From a virus, in IMG/VR virus record IMGVR_UViG_3300028115_001816, positions 13,864 through 77,863 of that record: a stretch of DNA of 64,000 nucleotides; one strand, 5' to 3'. A program made the translations under genes and the position numbers. This document shows positions 30,644-41,203 of the stretch, one piece after another (position 1 is the first letter of the stretch; each line of letters begins with the position of its first letter). The notes below the pieces were generated by a model, which saw only the letters and a list, made by a program, of their open reading frames with translations, searched no databases and was not told where the DNA came from.

Positions 30644-31676
30644 AAAAGTTGGAATTCACTTTCCTAAAGATTGGCAATATGGACCTGAAGAAATACATAT
30701 ATTTGATAGCACTGCAAAACAAGTAGACAAACAGTTTCCTAATGATCGTAATCTAGTTATAAACACTACTTGGTTTGGTCCTCAATTTTCTAATGGCGAA
30801 TGGAAAAAGGCTAACAGTTTTGATCAAGATTTTGATAATCTATTCTTGCTTAGTGTAATAGATCCTTTACACTTGCAAAATGAAGACTTAGATTTGCTAA
30901 TAAAGAAATATAACATAAAAAATGTTTATAGGATAGGAATGTTTGAAGGCAGTGAGCACGAATGGAACTTTCATGCGTTAATCGGCAAGGATCTGATGCC
31001 CAATTATACTGAAGAACAAGTGCTAATGCAAGATCCTACATATATCTATATGCTTTATCAACGTAAACCAAGATATCATAGAATAGAAATAACGGAGATA
31101 CTTAGACAACGTAATTTATTACAAGATGGAATAGTTACATTAGGAGGACCAGATTCTGAAACAAAGTGGGAAGGTCATCATAAAGATTGGGAAGTTTTAA
31201 AAATCGAAGATTATCCAGAGAATTATTTAGGTACAGGAGGTCCAAAAGATGCATTTGGCGGAGTGCCTGATGATTTAGTAACAGTTGGCAGACTAGATTT
31301 ATGGCAATCCCATTTTTTAAATATATCTAGCGAAACAGTGTTTGATGAATGGGAACCGTTATTAGTCACAGAAAAGATGTGGAAACCTATTATTGGGCTA
31401 AGACCTTTCATAGTGCATGGAAACCCTAAAACATATTCTTGGATGAGAAAAAATGGTTTCAAAACATTTAATAATTACTGGAAACATATTGATGTGGAAA
31501 ATCTTGGTGCTCATGATACTGTTTATAGAGTTATAGAATTTCTAAAAACACAAGATCTATCAAAAATGTACATTGACATGTTAGCAGACTTACGCTACAA
31601 TAAAGAACGATTTTATGAGTTTAGTAGCGAGCAAGAATATAAAATGGAGAACATTTTTGAAAATTATAAGCCCTAA
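30633..31676 (+). CDS. Glycosyltransferase-like protein (TEK family)
   Basis: YQRKPRYHR; NISSET...VTEKMWKPIIGLRPF..G.......GFKTF. Confidence 0.45.
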   Translation: MMLEKVGIHFPKDWQYGPEEIHIFDSTAKQVDKQFPNDRNLVINTTWFGPQFSNGEWKKANSFDQDFDNLFLLSVIDPLHLQNEDLDLLIKKYNIKNVYRIGMFEGSEHEWNFHALIGKDLMPNYTEEQVLMQDPTYIYMLYQRKPRYHRIEITEILRQRNLLQDGIVTLGGPDSETKWEGHHKDWEVLKIEDYPENYLGTGGPKDAFGGVPDDLVTVGRLDLWQSHFLNISSETVFDEWEPLLVTEKMWKPIIGLRPFIVHGNPKTYSWMRKNGFKTFNNYWKHIDVENLGAHDTVYRVIEFLKTQDLSKMYIDMLADLRYNKERFYEFSSEQEYKMENIFENYKP

Positions 31677-32757
31677 TATTTTTTTCCCTCGTATGCTTTT
31701 GGAAGAATATAAAGAATATTTTGAAAAAGCACATAGTAAACTAAGTCCTTGTGATAGTATCTTTGTTTGTATGTTCGATGATATAAAAAGTTATGCTTTT
31801 ACCCAAAATAAGGTTATTATATTTTATATAGATACTTTTTTTGATCATAGACAAATTGAAGATTATGTTGAAGTTTTTAATTTACATAAAGATAAACAAT
31901 TTTATGTTTTTTCAGATAAGTTCAATTTACAGTCTGATATGTATGCACCAAATTGTAAACATTTTCAAATAGGATTAGGTGATCAAAGTGTTCTACAATT
32001 AGGCACACATGCTACCGCAGTTGAGGATAAGAATTTTGATAGTGACTGTATTGGTATTTCTTTAAATAGACAACCTAGAAATTTTAGGTTAATGCTTATC
32101 TCTTATTTACTAGGCATAAATTTTAATCAACATTGTAGGATTACTGCACCATTACTACAGACAAGAATTAAAGAAGAGAAAAATATTCTAAATATATGTA
32201 ATTATGATTTTTATGACTACACAGATACTATACTAAAGGGTTGGGAAAAAGCCAAACAAAATGATGGAATAACAGATACAACTGATGCGTGGGAGCCTAT
32301 TAATGTAAAGGAAAAAGTAAAGTCTGATGAGACAGTAAATCCTTTAGAAAATTATAATCTTAGACTAACACCAATGTTTAAAAACAGTTTTGTTGAGGTT
32401 GTGTGTGAAACGAACTACGATTACAATTTTTCCTGTATCACTGAAAAAACAATGCAAAACCAATTAGGAAAAAATTTTCCACTATATATGTGCAATACTG
32501 GGTATGTAAAATACTTACGTGATAATGGTTTTGATTGTTTTGATGATATTATAGACCACTCTTATGATAAAGAGACAGATCCAATTTTGCGAATGGTAAA
32601 AATGATACAAGATAATAAAATGTTGTTTATTGATACAGAAAAAACCAAAAACCTGTGGATTAAAAATAGTAATAGGTTTGATTACAATGTAAAATGCTTA
32701 GTTAAAATATATACTGATATAAGTAATAAAATTAAGAATGTATTAGATGAATTGTGA
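31615..32757 (+). CDS. Glycosyltransferase-like protein (TEK family); true start probably TTG near 31657
   Basis: SLNRQPRNFR; VEVVCET...ITEKT...GFDCFDDIIDHSYD. Confidence 0.45.
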   Translation: MSLVASKNIKWRTFLKIISPNIFFPRMLLEEYKEYFEKAHSKLSPCDSIFVCMFDDIKSYAFTQNKVIIFYIDTFFDHRQIEDYVEVFNLHKDKQFYVFSDKFNLQSDMYAPNCKHFQIGLGDQSVLQLGTHATAVEDKNFDSDCIGISLNRQPRNFRLMLISYLLGINFNQHCRITAPLLQTRIKEEKNILNICNYDFYDYTDTILKGWEKAKQNDGITDTTDAWEPINVKEKVKSDETVNPLENYNLRLTPMFKNSFVEVVCETNYDYNFSCITEKTMQNQLGKNFPLYMCNTGYVKYLRDNGFDCFDDIIDHSYDKETDPILRMVKMIQDNKMLFIDTEKTKNLWIKNSNRFDYNVKCLVKIYTDISNKIKNVLDEL

Positions 32758-34249
32758 TATCTTGTTAATAAATGTTCCAAGGATAAGTTTGGTATATCCT
32801 CCTGCAGGCACAAGTTTACTGAAAGGGGTTGTAGAACAACAAGGATTTACCTGTACTGTAAAGGATGCAAACTTTGAATTATTAGATAGCATTAAAGATC
32901 CAGATGATTTTGAAACAATTACAAATTATTTTACTATCCCTAATGCAGAAATTACTACAAATTGTCAAAATATTATAGACGAATGGTATACTGACCTTGT
33001 AAATTATATACTTAAACTTAATCCTAAACATGTTGGTATAAGTGTTTTTACATTTGAATGTCAGGTTGCTACTCGTGAACTTTGTAAACTTTTAAGGCAA
33101 GTTTATAATGGTAAAATTATAATAGGAGGTGCTGGATTAAGTACTACAGGTATTGCAACACAAGTAAATGACTTTGGAAATAACCTTTTAGAAAATAATC
33201 TAGTAGATTATTACGTTAGAGGTGAAGGAGAACTTGCACTTGTTGATATATTAAAAGAAAATAAAGGTGCAGGCATAAACAATGACAATTATATTCAAAT
33301 TGAAGACCTTAATAGTTTAGCATATCCAAATTATGATGATGTTATCAAGTACAAATACCATTATGCAATAGAGAATATACAACTTCCAATAACAACTAGC
33401 AGAGGTTGTGTAAGACGTTGCAGTTTTTGTGATATACATGCATTTTGGAAAAAGTATACATATAGATCTGGCGAAAATATTGCAAAGGAAATGGTTAGTC
33501 ATTATGAAAAATATGGTGTACGTGACTTTTTCTTTACAGATAGTTTAATTAATGGCAATCTTAAAAGTTTTAGACAATTATGTGATTGCTTGGTGACGTA
33601 TTATGAAGAAAACAATTTGCCAGACAGATTTTTTAGTTGGGGAGGACAATGGATTGTAAGAACAGAAAAACATTTGAGTCCAGATGACTATAAAAATGCT
33701 GCACGTAGTGGTATGAATGGACTTGCAATGGGTGTTGAAAGCCTAAGTGAGCAAGTTCGTAAGGATATGAATAAAGGATTTAAGAACGAAGACATAGATT
33801 ATACACTTGAACAGTTTAGATTACATAGTATTAACTGTTATTTTCTAATGATTGTAGGATATCCAACAGAAACTGAAGAACATCACTTAGAAACAATGCA
33901 GAACTTTGTAAAATATCAAGGATATGCTATAGATGGTACAATATTTGGAGTAAACTTGGGAGGAACACTTAGTATTGACGAAGGAAGTCCTCTACATCAA
34001 GATAGTATACACTTTGGACTAGAACCTACTACAGAAAATGAAGAATTATTTGGATTAGATTGGACAAGCAAAGAAAATCCAAAACTTACACTACTGGAAA
34101 GAATAAATCGACGAATTGACCTACAGGAATTACTTATGGATTTAGGATATACTGTATGGAACGGTGATCACCAATTAAAAAGACTTAAAGCAAGTTATGA
34201 GCGTATTAAACAAAATACCTATCACTTTAAAGATATACTACACTCATAG
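32747..34249 (+). CDS. Cobalamin-binding radical SAM enzyme (class B methyltransferase-like)
   Basis: N-terminal B12-binding fold (PPAG..LLK, VGISVF, IIIGGAG, GEGE); SRGCVRRCSFC; GVESLS; MIVGYPTET. Confidence 0.88.
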   Translation: MNCDILLINVPRISLVYPPAGTSLLKGVVEQQGFTCTVKDANFELLDSIKDPDDFETITNYFTIPNAEITTNCQNIIDEWYTDLVNYILKLNPKHVGISVFTFECQVATRELCKLLRQVYNGKIIIGGAGLSTTGIATQVNDFGNNLLENNLVDYYVRGEGELALVDILKENKGAGINNDNYIQIEDLNSLAYPNYDDVIKYKYHYAIENIQLPITTSRGCVRRCSFCDIHAFWKKYTYRSGENIAKEMVSHYEKYGVRDFFFTDSLINGNLKSFRQLCDCLVTYYEENNLPDRFFSWGGQWIVRTEKHLSPDDYKNAARSGMNGLAMGVESLSEQVRKDMNKGFKNEDIDYTLEQFRLHSINCYFLMIVGYPTETEEHHLETMQNFVKYQGYAIDGTIFGVNLGGTLSIDEGSPLHQDSIHFGLEPTTENEELFGLDWTSKENPKLTLLERINRRIDLQELLMDLGYTVWNGDHQLKRLKASYERIKQNTYHFKDILHS

Positions 34250-34706
34250 TGGACATGAAAATGGCTGGCCACTATGTAGAGTCCTATGGGATAACAAACA
34301 AGTAGCAAACTTTAAAGCAGATGGACAAGAGATTGAATTTACTGTGATGCCTAAACCTAAAGGTACAAGCACACTAATTGTAGAACATTATGGAAAAAAT
34401 GTATATGAAGAACACGATAAATTTATAGAAATAATAGGTATGAGAATAAACAATATTCCTTTAAAGAATATACTATGGGAATCTACACAGTATCCTATTA
34501 CTGCACCATGGGACGAACCTTGGCAAGAAGAAGGAAACTTATATCTAGGTCATAATGGCCATATAGTGTGGCACTTTAGTAATCCAGTTTTACTAGACAT
34601 ACAAAATAGATTAGGTGTTAAGAAGAAACCACAAGAAGGGCAGGAAAGCACTAAGAAAGTTTTACAAGAAATAAAAGAATATTTTAGAAATGAAAAAGAT
34701 AGATAA
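34197..34706 (+). CDS. Hypothetical protein (beta-rich, rSAM-associated)
   Basis: Overlaps the B12-rSAM; YLGHNG..W.F resembles 35325-35630. Confidence 0.6.
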   Translation: MSVLNKIPITLKIYYTHSGHENGWPLCRVLWDNKQVANFKADGQEIEFTVMPKPKGTSTLIVEHYGKNVYEEHDKFIEIIGMRINNIPLKNILWESTQYPITAPWDEPWQEEGNLYLGHNGHIVWHFSNPVLLDIQNRLGVKKKPQEGQESTKKVLQEIKEYFRNEKDR

Positions 34707-35328
34707 TTTTTTTACAGAAAACGATTGTAAGTGGTTTCAATGGTATCATAACGTTTTGCCAGAGTCTAGAGATAACGGACTACGTATACAAACTATGACA
34801 CATTTTGCACAACCATTTTTTGCTAGAAAGTTAAAACAAATACAAAGTTTACTTCCAGATAATGAAGAAGTTACTACATTGAATATAAATTTTGATTATG
34901 GTGCAGGCGGAATACATAGCGATGGATATCTCGAGCATGATAAAAATGATAAAATTGCAAATAGTTATCTAATACCTATTCAAGTCCATCCTACAGACAA
35001 GTATTACACAGTAATTTTCGAACAAACTAGTATGGAAGCAATTACGTTCAATGGTGAACTTGGACTAGGAGATAAAGGTATAACAACTTATAGGCAAGTG
35101 TCTAGGGAAGAATTTGGATTAAGTAACGAACCTTTTGATAAAGATGTTTATAATAAGTATCTTACTCATTTAAATTATGATGCACTAAAAGGTTTGACAG
35201 TTGCACACATTCATGCATGGACACTAGGCAGTGCTATGACTTGGCCCAGACAAAACTTTCATGTTAGTGCAAACTTTATAAACAAGGACACAAGAGCAAG
35301 TGTATTAATTGTTACGAGATATAAATGA
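34690..35328 (+). CDS. 2OG-Fe(II)/cupin-like oxygenase
   Basis: GIHSDG (HxD) plus distal His in RQNFHVS. Confidence 0.5.
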   Translation: MKKIDNFFTENDCKWFQWYHNVLPESRDNGLRIQTMTHFAQPFFARKLKQIQSLLPDNEEVTTLNINFDYGAGGIHSDGYLEHDKNDKIANSYLIPIQVHPTDKYYTVIFEQTSMEAITFNGELGLGDKGITTYRQVSREEFGLSNEPFDKDVYNKYLTHLNYDALKGLTVAHIHAWTLGSAMTWPRQNFHVSANFINKDTRASVLIVTRYK

Positions 35329-35630
35329 TAGAATTCGAATTCGAAAACAACGGTAGTTTAGAATATGAAGTTACACTCACAAACAATGGTGCTAAGATAA
35401 GATTCTTTGGAAAAAATTATAGTACAAATACAGAAGATCATGTTATAATAAAGAATATAATTTATAAAGATTTAATTTTACCAGAACTTTTTGGATACAC
35501 AAAAATGACAACAGACAATAAAGATTATGCTAACTTAACTAATGTAAATTATATTTCATTTAATGGTATATGGGAATTAAAATTTACAGAACAAGATATT
35601 AAAAATATACTAAAGAAGAAACTTACATGA
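35325..35630 (+). CDS. Hypothetical protein (101 aa)
   Basis: ATGA overlaps on both sides; YISFNGIWELKF. Confidence 0.6.
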   Translation: MIEFEFENNGSLEYEVTLTNNGAKIRFFGKNYSTNTEDHVIIKNIIYKDLILPELFGYTKMTTDNKDYANLTNVNYISFNGIWELKFTEQDIKNILKKKLT

Positions 35631-37027
35631 CTGAAGGTAATCCAGAAAATAATTTAGAACGTATTTTACAAAACACATTACCGCCACATGATTTCAAACG
35701 TGAGCATTTGGATACAAGAAGTGCAAGTTTTTGTGGTGCAAAATGGTATAATGCTACAGTATGGCTTGGTAGTGGCATGACAACTAGTTGTCATCATCCA
35801 TTACCACATAAAATAGATGCAGAAGCAGTCAAAACAAATCCTAAACTGTTACACAATACTCCTGAGAAAAAAGAACAACGCAGACAAATGCAGTGTGGCG
35901 AAAGACCTGCAGGATGTGAATACTGCTGGAAAATTGAGGACATGGGTCCTGACCATATAAGTGATAGAATTTATAAAAGTTGGATATATACAGATGAGGA
36001 ACTTACTGATGCATTTACAACAGACTATAAAGAAGATTTTGAACTTAGAAGTCTTGAAATCGCCTTTGATAGAACATGCAATTTTGCTTGCAGTTATTGT
36101 AATCCTGCGTTTTCAAGCACATGGGTAAAAGATATAAACAATAAAGGACCATACCAAAATCTGCAAAGTGATGGTAGAGGACATTTCATACATCCACATG
36201 ATAGTAACCAGTTGTATGGATACGGAGAGTATAATCCATATGTAGAAGCATTCTTTAAATGGTGGGAAAGTGATTTACATAAAACACTAAGGCAATTAAG
36301 AGTAACAGGTGGCGAACCACTAATGAGTGCAGACTTATGGAAACTTATAGAATGGTTTGAAAAGAATGGCGATAAAAGTCAAACAAGTTTAGCAATTAAT
36401 AGTAATTTAGTAGCAAAACCAGAATTAATACAAAGACTTGTTGATGTTAAATCTCACTTGCCAAGTTTAGGTGTTTACAGTAGTTGCGAAGCAGTAGATT
36501 CTAGTGCAGAATATATTCGTGATGGTATGGTATTTGATCAGTGGTGGCAAAACATGCAAAAATTACATGAAGCAGATATTGACACACATTGTATGATGAC
36601 AATAAATGCACTTTGTTTAGAAACGTTGCCTGAACTTGTGGATCGTATAATGCAAAAGCGAAAAGAGTATAATGGTAATAGATTTGCAATAATGAGTTTC
36701 AATATACTAAGATTTCCAAGTTTTCAAAGTCCTTTAGTGCTGAGCAATGAAATAAAAAAATATCATGTAGAGAAACTTACTGAACTTAGAAAAAAGTGGG
36801 CACCTAAGTATCTTAATAGGAGTGATTGTTTTCATGAGTTTGAACTAGGACAGTTGGATAGACTTATAGAATATTTACAAGTAGTAGATAAGCCACACAG
36901 TGAAGGTTTTGATATGCCTAGATTACACAATGACTTCAAACAATTTTACACACAATATGATATTAGACGCAACAAAAATTTTACAAAAACTTTTCCAGAA
37001 TTAGAAGAATGGTATGAGTCGCTCTAA
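35627..37027 (+). CDS. Radical SAM protein with N-terminal Twitch/SPASM-like domain
   Basis: CNFACSYC, TGGEP; FCGAKW...SCHHP...CEYCW; closest paralog of 27225. Confidence 0.9.
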   Translation: MTEGNPENNLERILQNTLPPHDFKREHLDTRSASFCGAKWYNATVWLGSGMTTSCHHPLPHKIDAEAVKTNPKLLHNTPEKKEQRRQMQCGERPAGCEYCWKIEDMGPDHISDRIYKSWIYTDEELTDAFTTDYKEDFELRSLEIAFDRTCNFACSYCNPAFSSTWVKDINNKGPYQNLQSDGRGHFIHPHDSNQLYGYGEYNPYVEAFFKWWESDLHKTLRQLRVTGGEPLMSADLWKLIEWFEKNGDKSQTSLAINSNLVAKPELIQRLVDVKSHLPSLGVYSSCEAVDSSAEYIRDGMVFDQWWQNMQKLHEADIDTHCMMTINALCLETLPELVDRIMQKRKEYNGNRFAIMSFNILRFPSFQSPLVLSNEIKKYHVEKLTELRKKWAPKYLNRSDCFHEFELGQLDRLIEYLQVVDKPHSEGFDMPRLHNDFKQFYTQYDIRRNKNFTKTFPELEEWYESL

Positions 37028-38318
37028 AACAGAAAAATATTACGAAACTTACGACTACAATAGTAGGAGGCCAGTCTTTGTAGAATTAGAATCCTTACGT
37101 GATGATCAACAAAAAAAATTAATTGAAAGTAAGTATTTTTGTATGATTCCTTGGACACATATACACGGATTTCCAACAGGAGAAGCATACCCTTGTTGTT
37201 TAGGTGAGATGAAACACCCTATTGGAAACATGAGAGAAAATACTCTAGAGGAAATATGGAATGGTGAGCAATATACACAAATGCGTACTAATATGCTTGC
37301 AGACAGGCCTTGTAAAGAGTGTACACGTTGTTACGAACAAGAAGAACAAGGATTTTTTAGTATGCGTAATAGCAGTAATAAACATTTCGGACATCATATA
37401 CATAAAGTAGATCAAGGAATTAATCCAAATTTTGAATTAGTCTATTGGGATATACGTTTTAGTAATCAATGTAATTTAAAATGTCGTAGTTGTGGTCCTA
37501 TGTTTAGTAGTTTATGGTATGATGATCATGTAAAAATGCATGGACAACCTCCTAATCATAAACGTATAGAATGGGCCGGGCGTAACAAGAATGATATTTG
37601 GGAACAAATGATCCCACATATAGACCATATAGAGCAAATATATTTTGCAGGTGGTGAACCACTTATAATGCAAGAGCATTACAATATACTTAAAGAATTA
37701 GTAAAAAGAGAAAAGTTTGATGTAAAGTTAATATATAATACAAACTTTAATGAAACATTGTATAAAGATTTAGATGTACTAGATTATTGGGGAATGTTTG
37801 ATAGCGTTAGTGTAGGTGCAAGTTTAGATGCTAGTGGCAATCGTGCAGAACTAATGCGTAAAGGTTGTGACTGGAATAAAATTACTGCTAACAGAGAACG
37901 TATGTTAAAAAAATGTCCAAAAGTAGATTTTTATATTAGTCCTACACTAAGTTTAATGAATGTAGATCATATACCAGACTTTCATAAGGATTGGGTAGAG
38001 CGTGGTTTGTTGAAACCACAAGATTTAAATATAAACATTTTACAGAGTCCAGATTGGTATCGTGTAGATTGTTTACCAGATAATATTAAAAAGGATTTAA
38101 CACATAAATTAAATGAACATATAAACTGGTTAAGTCCTAAAGATAATTTGCAAAGAGCAACAAACGGATTCAAAAGTCTTATAAGTTTTATGAATGCACA
38201 AGATAATACAACTCATTTAGAAAAGTTCAATCAAGTAACAACTCAATTAGACAAAGTAAGGATAGAAAATTTTTATAAAGTCTTTCCAGAGTTAGAAAGT
38301 CTAAAACAGTATGCATAA
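37014..38318 (+). CDS. Radical SAM protein with N-terminal Twitch/SPASM domain
   Basis: FCMIPW...YPCC...IGN....LEEIWNG...CTRC; CNLKCRSC; AGGEP. Confidence 0.9.
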   Translation: MSRSKTEKYYETYDYNSRRPVFVELESLRDDQQKKLIESKYFCMIPWTHIHGFPTGEAYPCCLGEMKHPIGNMRENTLEEIWNGEQYTQMRTNMLADRPCKECTRCYEQEEQGFFSMRNSSNKHFGHHIHKVDQGINPNFELVYWDIRFSNQCNLKCRSCGPMFSSLWYDDHVKMHGQPPNHKRIEWAGRNKNDIWEQMIPHIDHIEQIYFAGGEPLIMQEHYNILKELVKREKFDVKLIYNTNFNETLYKDLDVLDYWGMFDSVSVGASLDASGNRAELMRKGCDWNKITANRERMLKKCPKVDFYISPTLSLMNVDHIPDFHKDWVERGLLKPQDLNINILQSPDWYRVDCLPDNIKKDLTHKLNEHINWLSPKDNLQRATNGFKSLISFMNAQDNTTHLEKFNQVTTQLDKVRIENFYKVFPELESLKQYA

Positions 38319-39480
38319 ATGTATATTACCATGGATTAGTATAGAAGCAACACCTATGGGAACAACAAGACCCTGTTGTTTATATACAGACGAAATACCA
38401 AATATCAATCTTAAAAATAGTACACTAGACGATGCTTTTAATAGTAGAACTATGCGTGATTTAAGACGTAGTTTTAGAAGAGGTGAAAAGCCTGAAGGAT
38501 GTAGGAATTGTTGGCGTGAAGAAGATGCAGGGAAAAAAAGCAAGCGGCAATATATGTTAGATAAGTTTAAACATTTAAATGTTGAATATAAAGACAACAA
38601 GGGTGAGAAACTTCTATTTTTAGACTTAAAATTAGGAAACATTTGTAACTTAAAATGTCGTATTTGTGGAAGCTGGAGTAGTAGTAAATGGGCACAAGAA
38701 GAATGGGATTACACAGGAAAACATAAAGATCATATAGCAAAAAAGTGGCTAAAGGACGGGCAGTGGGTAAGAAAATCGCCTAACTTTTGGAAAAACTTAG
38801 ATGAATTATTACCACAAATAAAATACTTTGAATTTACTGGTGGTGAGCCTTGGATGATAAAACAACATTTTGAATTATTACAACGTGCAGTTGAACAAGG
38901 TTTTGCAAAAGATATTGACATTCATTACAATACAAACACTACACAGTACCCAAAAGATCCAACTATATGGAAATATTTTAAACATGTACAGATTGCGTTT
39001 AGTGTAGACAACACAAAAGAACGTTTTGAGTATGAGCGTTATGGCGCAAAATGGAAAACATCAAATTCTAATATAAAAAAAGTTCATAGGTTGCGTGAAC
39101 AAGGATATCCAATTACTACACAATTGTGTTGTACATGGAACATACAAAATATTTTTTATTTAGATGAAATATTAACTTGGGCATACACAATGGACTTTGA
39201 TAATATACATTTTAATCTTATGCATGATCCTTGGGAATTTAGTTTAAATTGTACCCCAAAAACTGCAAGAGCTCCTCTAATGCTTTATTTGCAAAAACAA
39301 CAGATAAAACATAAGAAATATGCAACAGATATTCATGCTCTTAAACAAATTATTGTTGATAGTACTCACGAATCTAGTGATGATATAACAAAAAGATTAA
39401 GACGTACAGACTTATATCGTAATCAAAATTTTGCAATAAGTCATAGTAAAATTGCAAAGGCTATAAACTATGAACTCTAA
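38311..39480 (+). CDS. Radical SAM protein with N-terminal Twitch/SPASM domain
   Basis: CILPW...RPCC...CRNCW; CNLKCRIC; TGGEP. Confidence 0.9.
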   Translation: MHKCILPWISIEATPMGTTRPCCLYTDEIPNINLKNSTLDDAFNSRTMRDLRRSFRRGEKPEGCRNCWREEDAGKKSKRQYMLDKFKHLNVEYKDNKGEKLLFLDLKLGNICNLKCRICGSWSSSKWAQEEWDYTGKHKDHIAKKWLKDGQWVRKSPNFWKNLDELLPQIKYFEFTGGEPWMIKQHFELLQRAVEQGFAKDIDIHYNTNTTQYPKDPTIWKYFKHVQIAFSVDNTKERFEYERYGAKWKTSNSNIKKVHRLREQGYPITTQLCCTWNIQNIFYLDEILTWAYTMDFDNIHFNLMHDPWEFSLNCTPKTARAPLMLYLQKQQIKHKKYATDIHALKQIIVDSTHESSDDITKRLRRTDLYRNQNFAISHSKIAKAINYEL

Positions 39481-40747
39481 ACCTGAAAATTTATGTATGG
39501 CTCCTTGGACTCATACATATCTTAGTCCACAAACAGAACGCAGACTGTGTTGTGCTAGTCGTGAACCTGCACAAAATTTTAAACAGTATATCGATACTGC
39601 AGAAGGCACAAACGAATATAAACCACAGCCATTAGAAGAATATTGGAACAGTGAAAATATTAGGCGTATTCGTATACAGATGCTAAACAACGAAGTTCCT
39701 CCTGAATGTGTAGTATGTGATAAAAAATTATTAAACCAAGATGTATATAGAGATTATTTTAGTCATTTGTTTGCACACAAATGGCACGAAATAATTCCTA
39801 GCACAGATGAGACAGGCCATACTACTATGAAGCCTGTAAGTTGGGATTACCGTTTTAGCAACTTATGTAATTTTAAATGTAGAATGTGTGGTCCTATGTT
39901 GAGCAGTGCTTGGGAAACAGAAGCACGTAAGCAAGGCAAAATAGAACCTTGGATGGAAAAACCTGTAAAACGTAAAATAGAAGAATTCCAAAAAAACACA
40001 GTTGAACAAGAATTCTCAGATGCAGTTGAAGAACATAGAGTAGAAGAAATTTACTGGGTAGGTGGAGAACCACTTATGTACGAACAACACTGGCGTTATA
40101 TGCAACGTATAATTGAATTAGGAGATGGCCCAGGTTTATATGCACGTTACAATACTAATTTGCATAGGGTAAATTATAAAGGTATTAATCTTTATCAGGA
40201 TATATTGGATAATATTCGTGATTGGCAAATATGTGCAAGTTTAGATGGAACAGGCAAAATTGGAGAGTACATTAGAACAGGTTTAGATTATAATGTATGG
40301 TTAGAAAATTTTAAACAAGGATTAGCACACAGTAGAAACAGACGCATGATGCGTATAGATTTCACTTTAACATTACCGGGTTTATTTGATATAGTAAATA
40401 TATGTAGATTAGCACGTGAACTAGATGTTGATATACTTGCTAAAGTAACTTTTGCATTTACACCAGATATTGCAATGAGTCCACTTTTCCTACCTAAAGA
40501 TATATTACATTCATATATAAATGAATTGTTATTGACAAGTGAAGTGGATAATATTACAATTAGAAATATGCTTGTAAGTTTATTAGAGCGACCTACATTT
40601 GAAGAAGAATTTCCTGATGAATATGCAAAAGCAAGAATCAAAGGCAAATGGCGTATGCAAGCAATGGATAATTTACGTGGTCGTATGAAGTTTGAAGATA
40701 CACTTAAGACGCAACAAGCAAAAGACTTTTGGAATGGAATTTGTTAG
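39470..40747 (+). CDS. Radical SAM protein with N-terminal Twitch/SPASM domain
   Basis: CMAPW...LCC...CVVC; CNFKCRMC; VGGEP. Confidence 0.9.
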   Translation: MNSKPENLCMAPWTHTYLSPQTERRLCCASREPAQNFKQYIDTAEGTNEYKPQPLEEYWNSENIRRIRIQMLNNEVPPECVVCDKKLLNQDVYRDYFSHLFAHKWHEIIPSTDETGHTTMKPVSWDYRFSNLCNFKCRMCGPMLSSAWETEARKQGKIEPWMEKPVKRKIEEFQKNTVEQEFSDAVEEHRVEEIYWVGGEPLMYEQHWRYMQRIIELGDGPGLYARYNTNLHRVNYKGINLYQDILDNIRDWQICASLDGTGKIGEYIRTGLDYNVWLENFKQGLAHSRNRRMMRIDFTLTLPGLFDIVNICRLARELDVDILAKVTFAFTPDIAMSPLFLPKDILHSYINELLLTSEVDNITIRNMLVSLLERPTFEEEFPDEYAKARIKGKWRMQAMDNLRGRMKFEDTLKTQQAKDFWNGIC

Positions 40748-41203
40748 ATGAAAATATTAATATGTGGTTTGCCTGGTAGTGGCAAGAGTACACTTGCAAA
40801 ACCTTTTGCAGAATTGCTAGGCGGTGTATGGATAAACGCAGATCAAGTAAGAGAACAATATGACGATTGGGACTTCTCGCCTGAAGGCAGAATACGCCAA
40901 GCACAACGCATGAGATATTTAAGTGATGGTGTTTTAAGAGCAGGAGGTATTGCAGTTGCTGATTTTGTTTGTCCAACTGAAAAGGCACGTAAAGAGTTTG
41001 ATGCAGATTATGTAGTTTGGATGGATACTATTAAAGAAGGTCGGTTTGAAGACACTAATAAAATGTTTGAAAAGCCAACAGACGTAAATTATCACGTAGC
41101 AGATTGGTTTGATGATACACATGCACAATTACTTGAAGTAGTACAAAATTACATGCGTATGAAAGAAGGATTACCAACCCTACCTATAGGAGTAAAAAAA
41201 TGA
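40748..41203 (+). CDS. Adenylylsulfate (APS) kinase-like P-loop kinase
   Basis: GLPGSGKST; NADQVR; DFSPEGRIRQ; ADFVCP....R; FEKP, all matching the CysC pattern. Confidence 0.75.
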   Translation: MKILICGLPGSGKSTLAKPFAELLGGVWINADQVREQYDDWDFSPEGRIRQAQRMRYLSDGVLRAGGIAVADFVCPTEKARKEFDADYVVWMDTIKEGRFEDTNKMFEKPTDVNYHVADWFDDTHAQLLEVVQNYMRMKEGLPTLPIGVKK

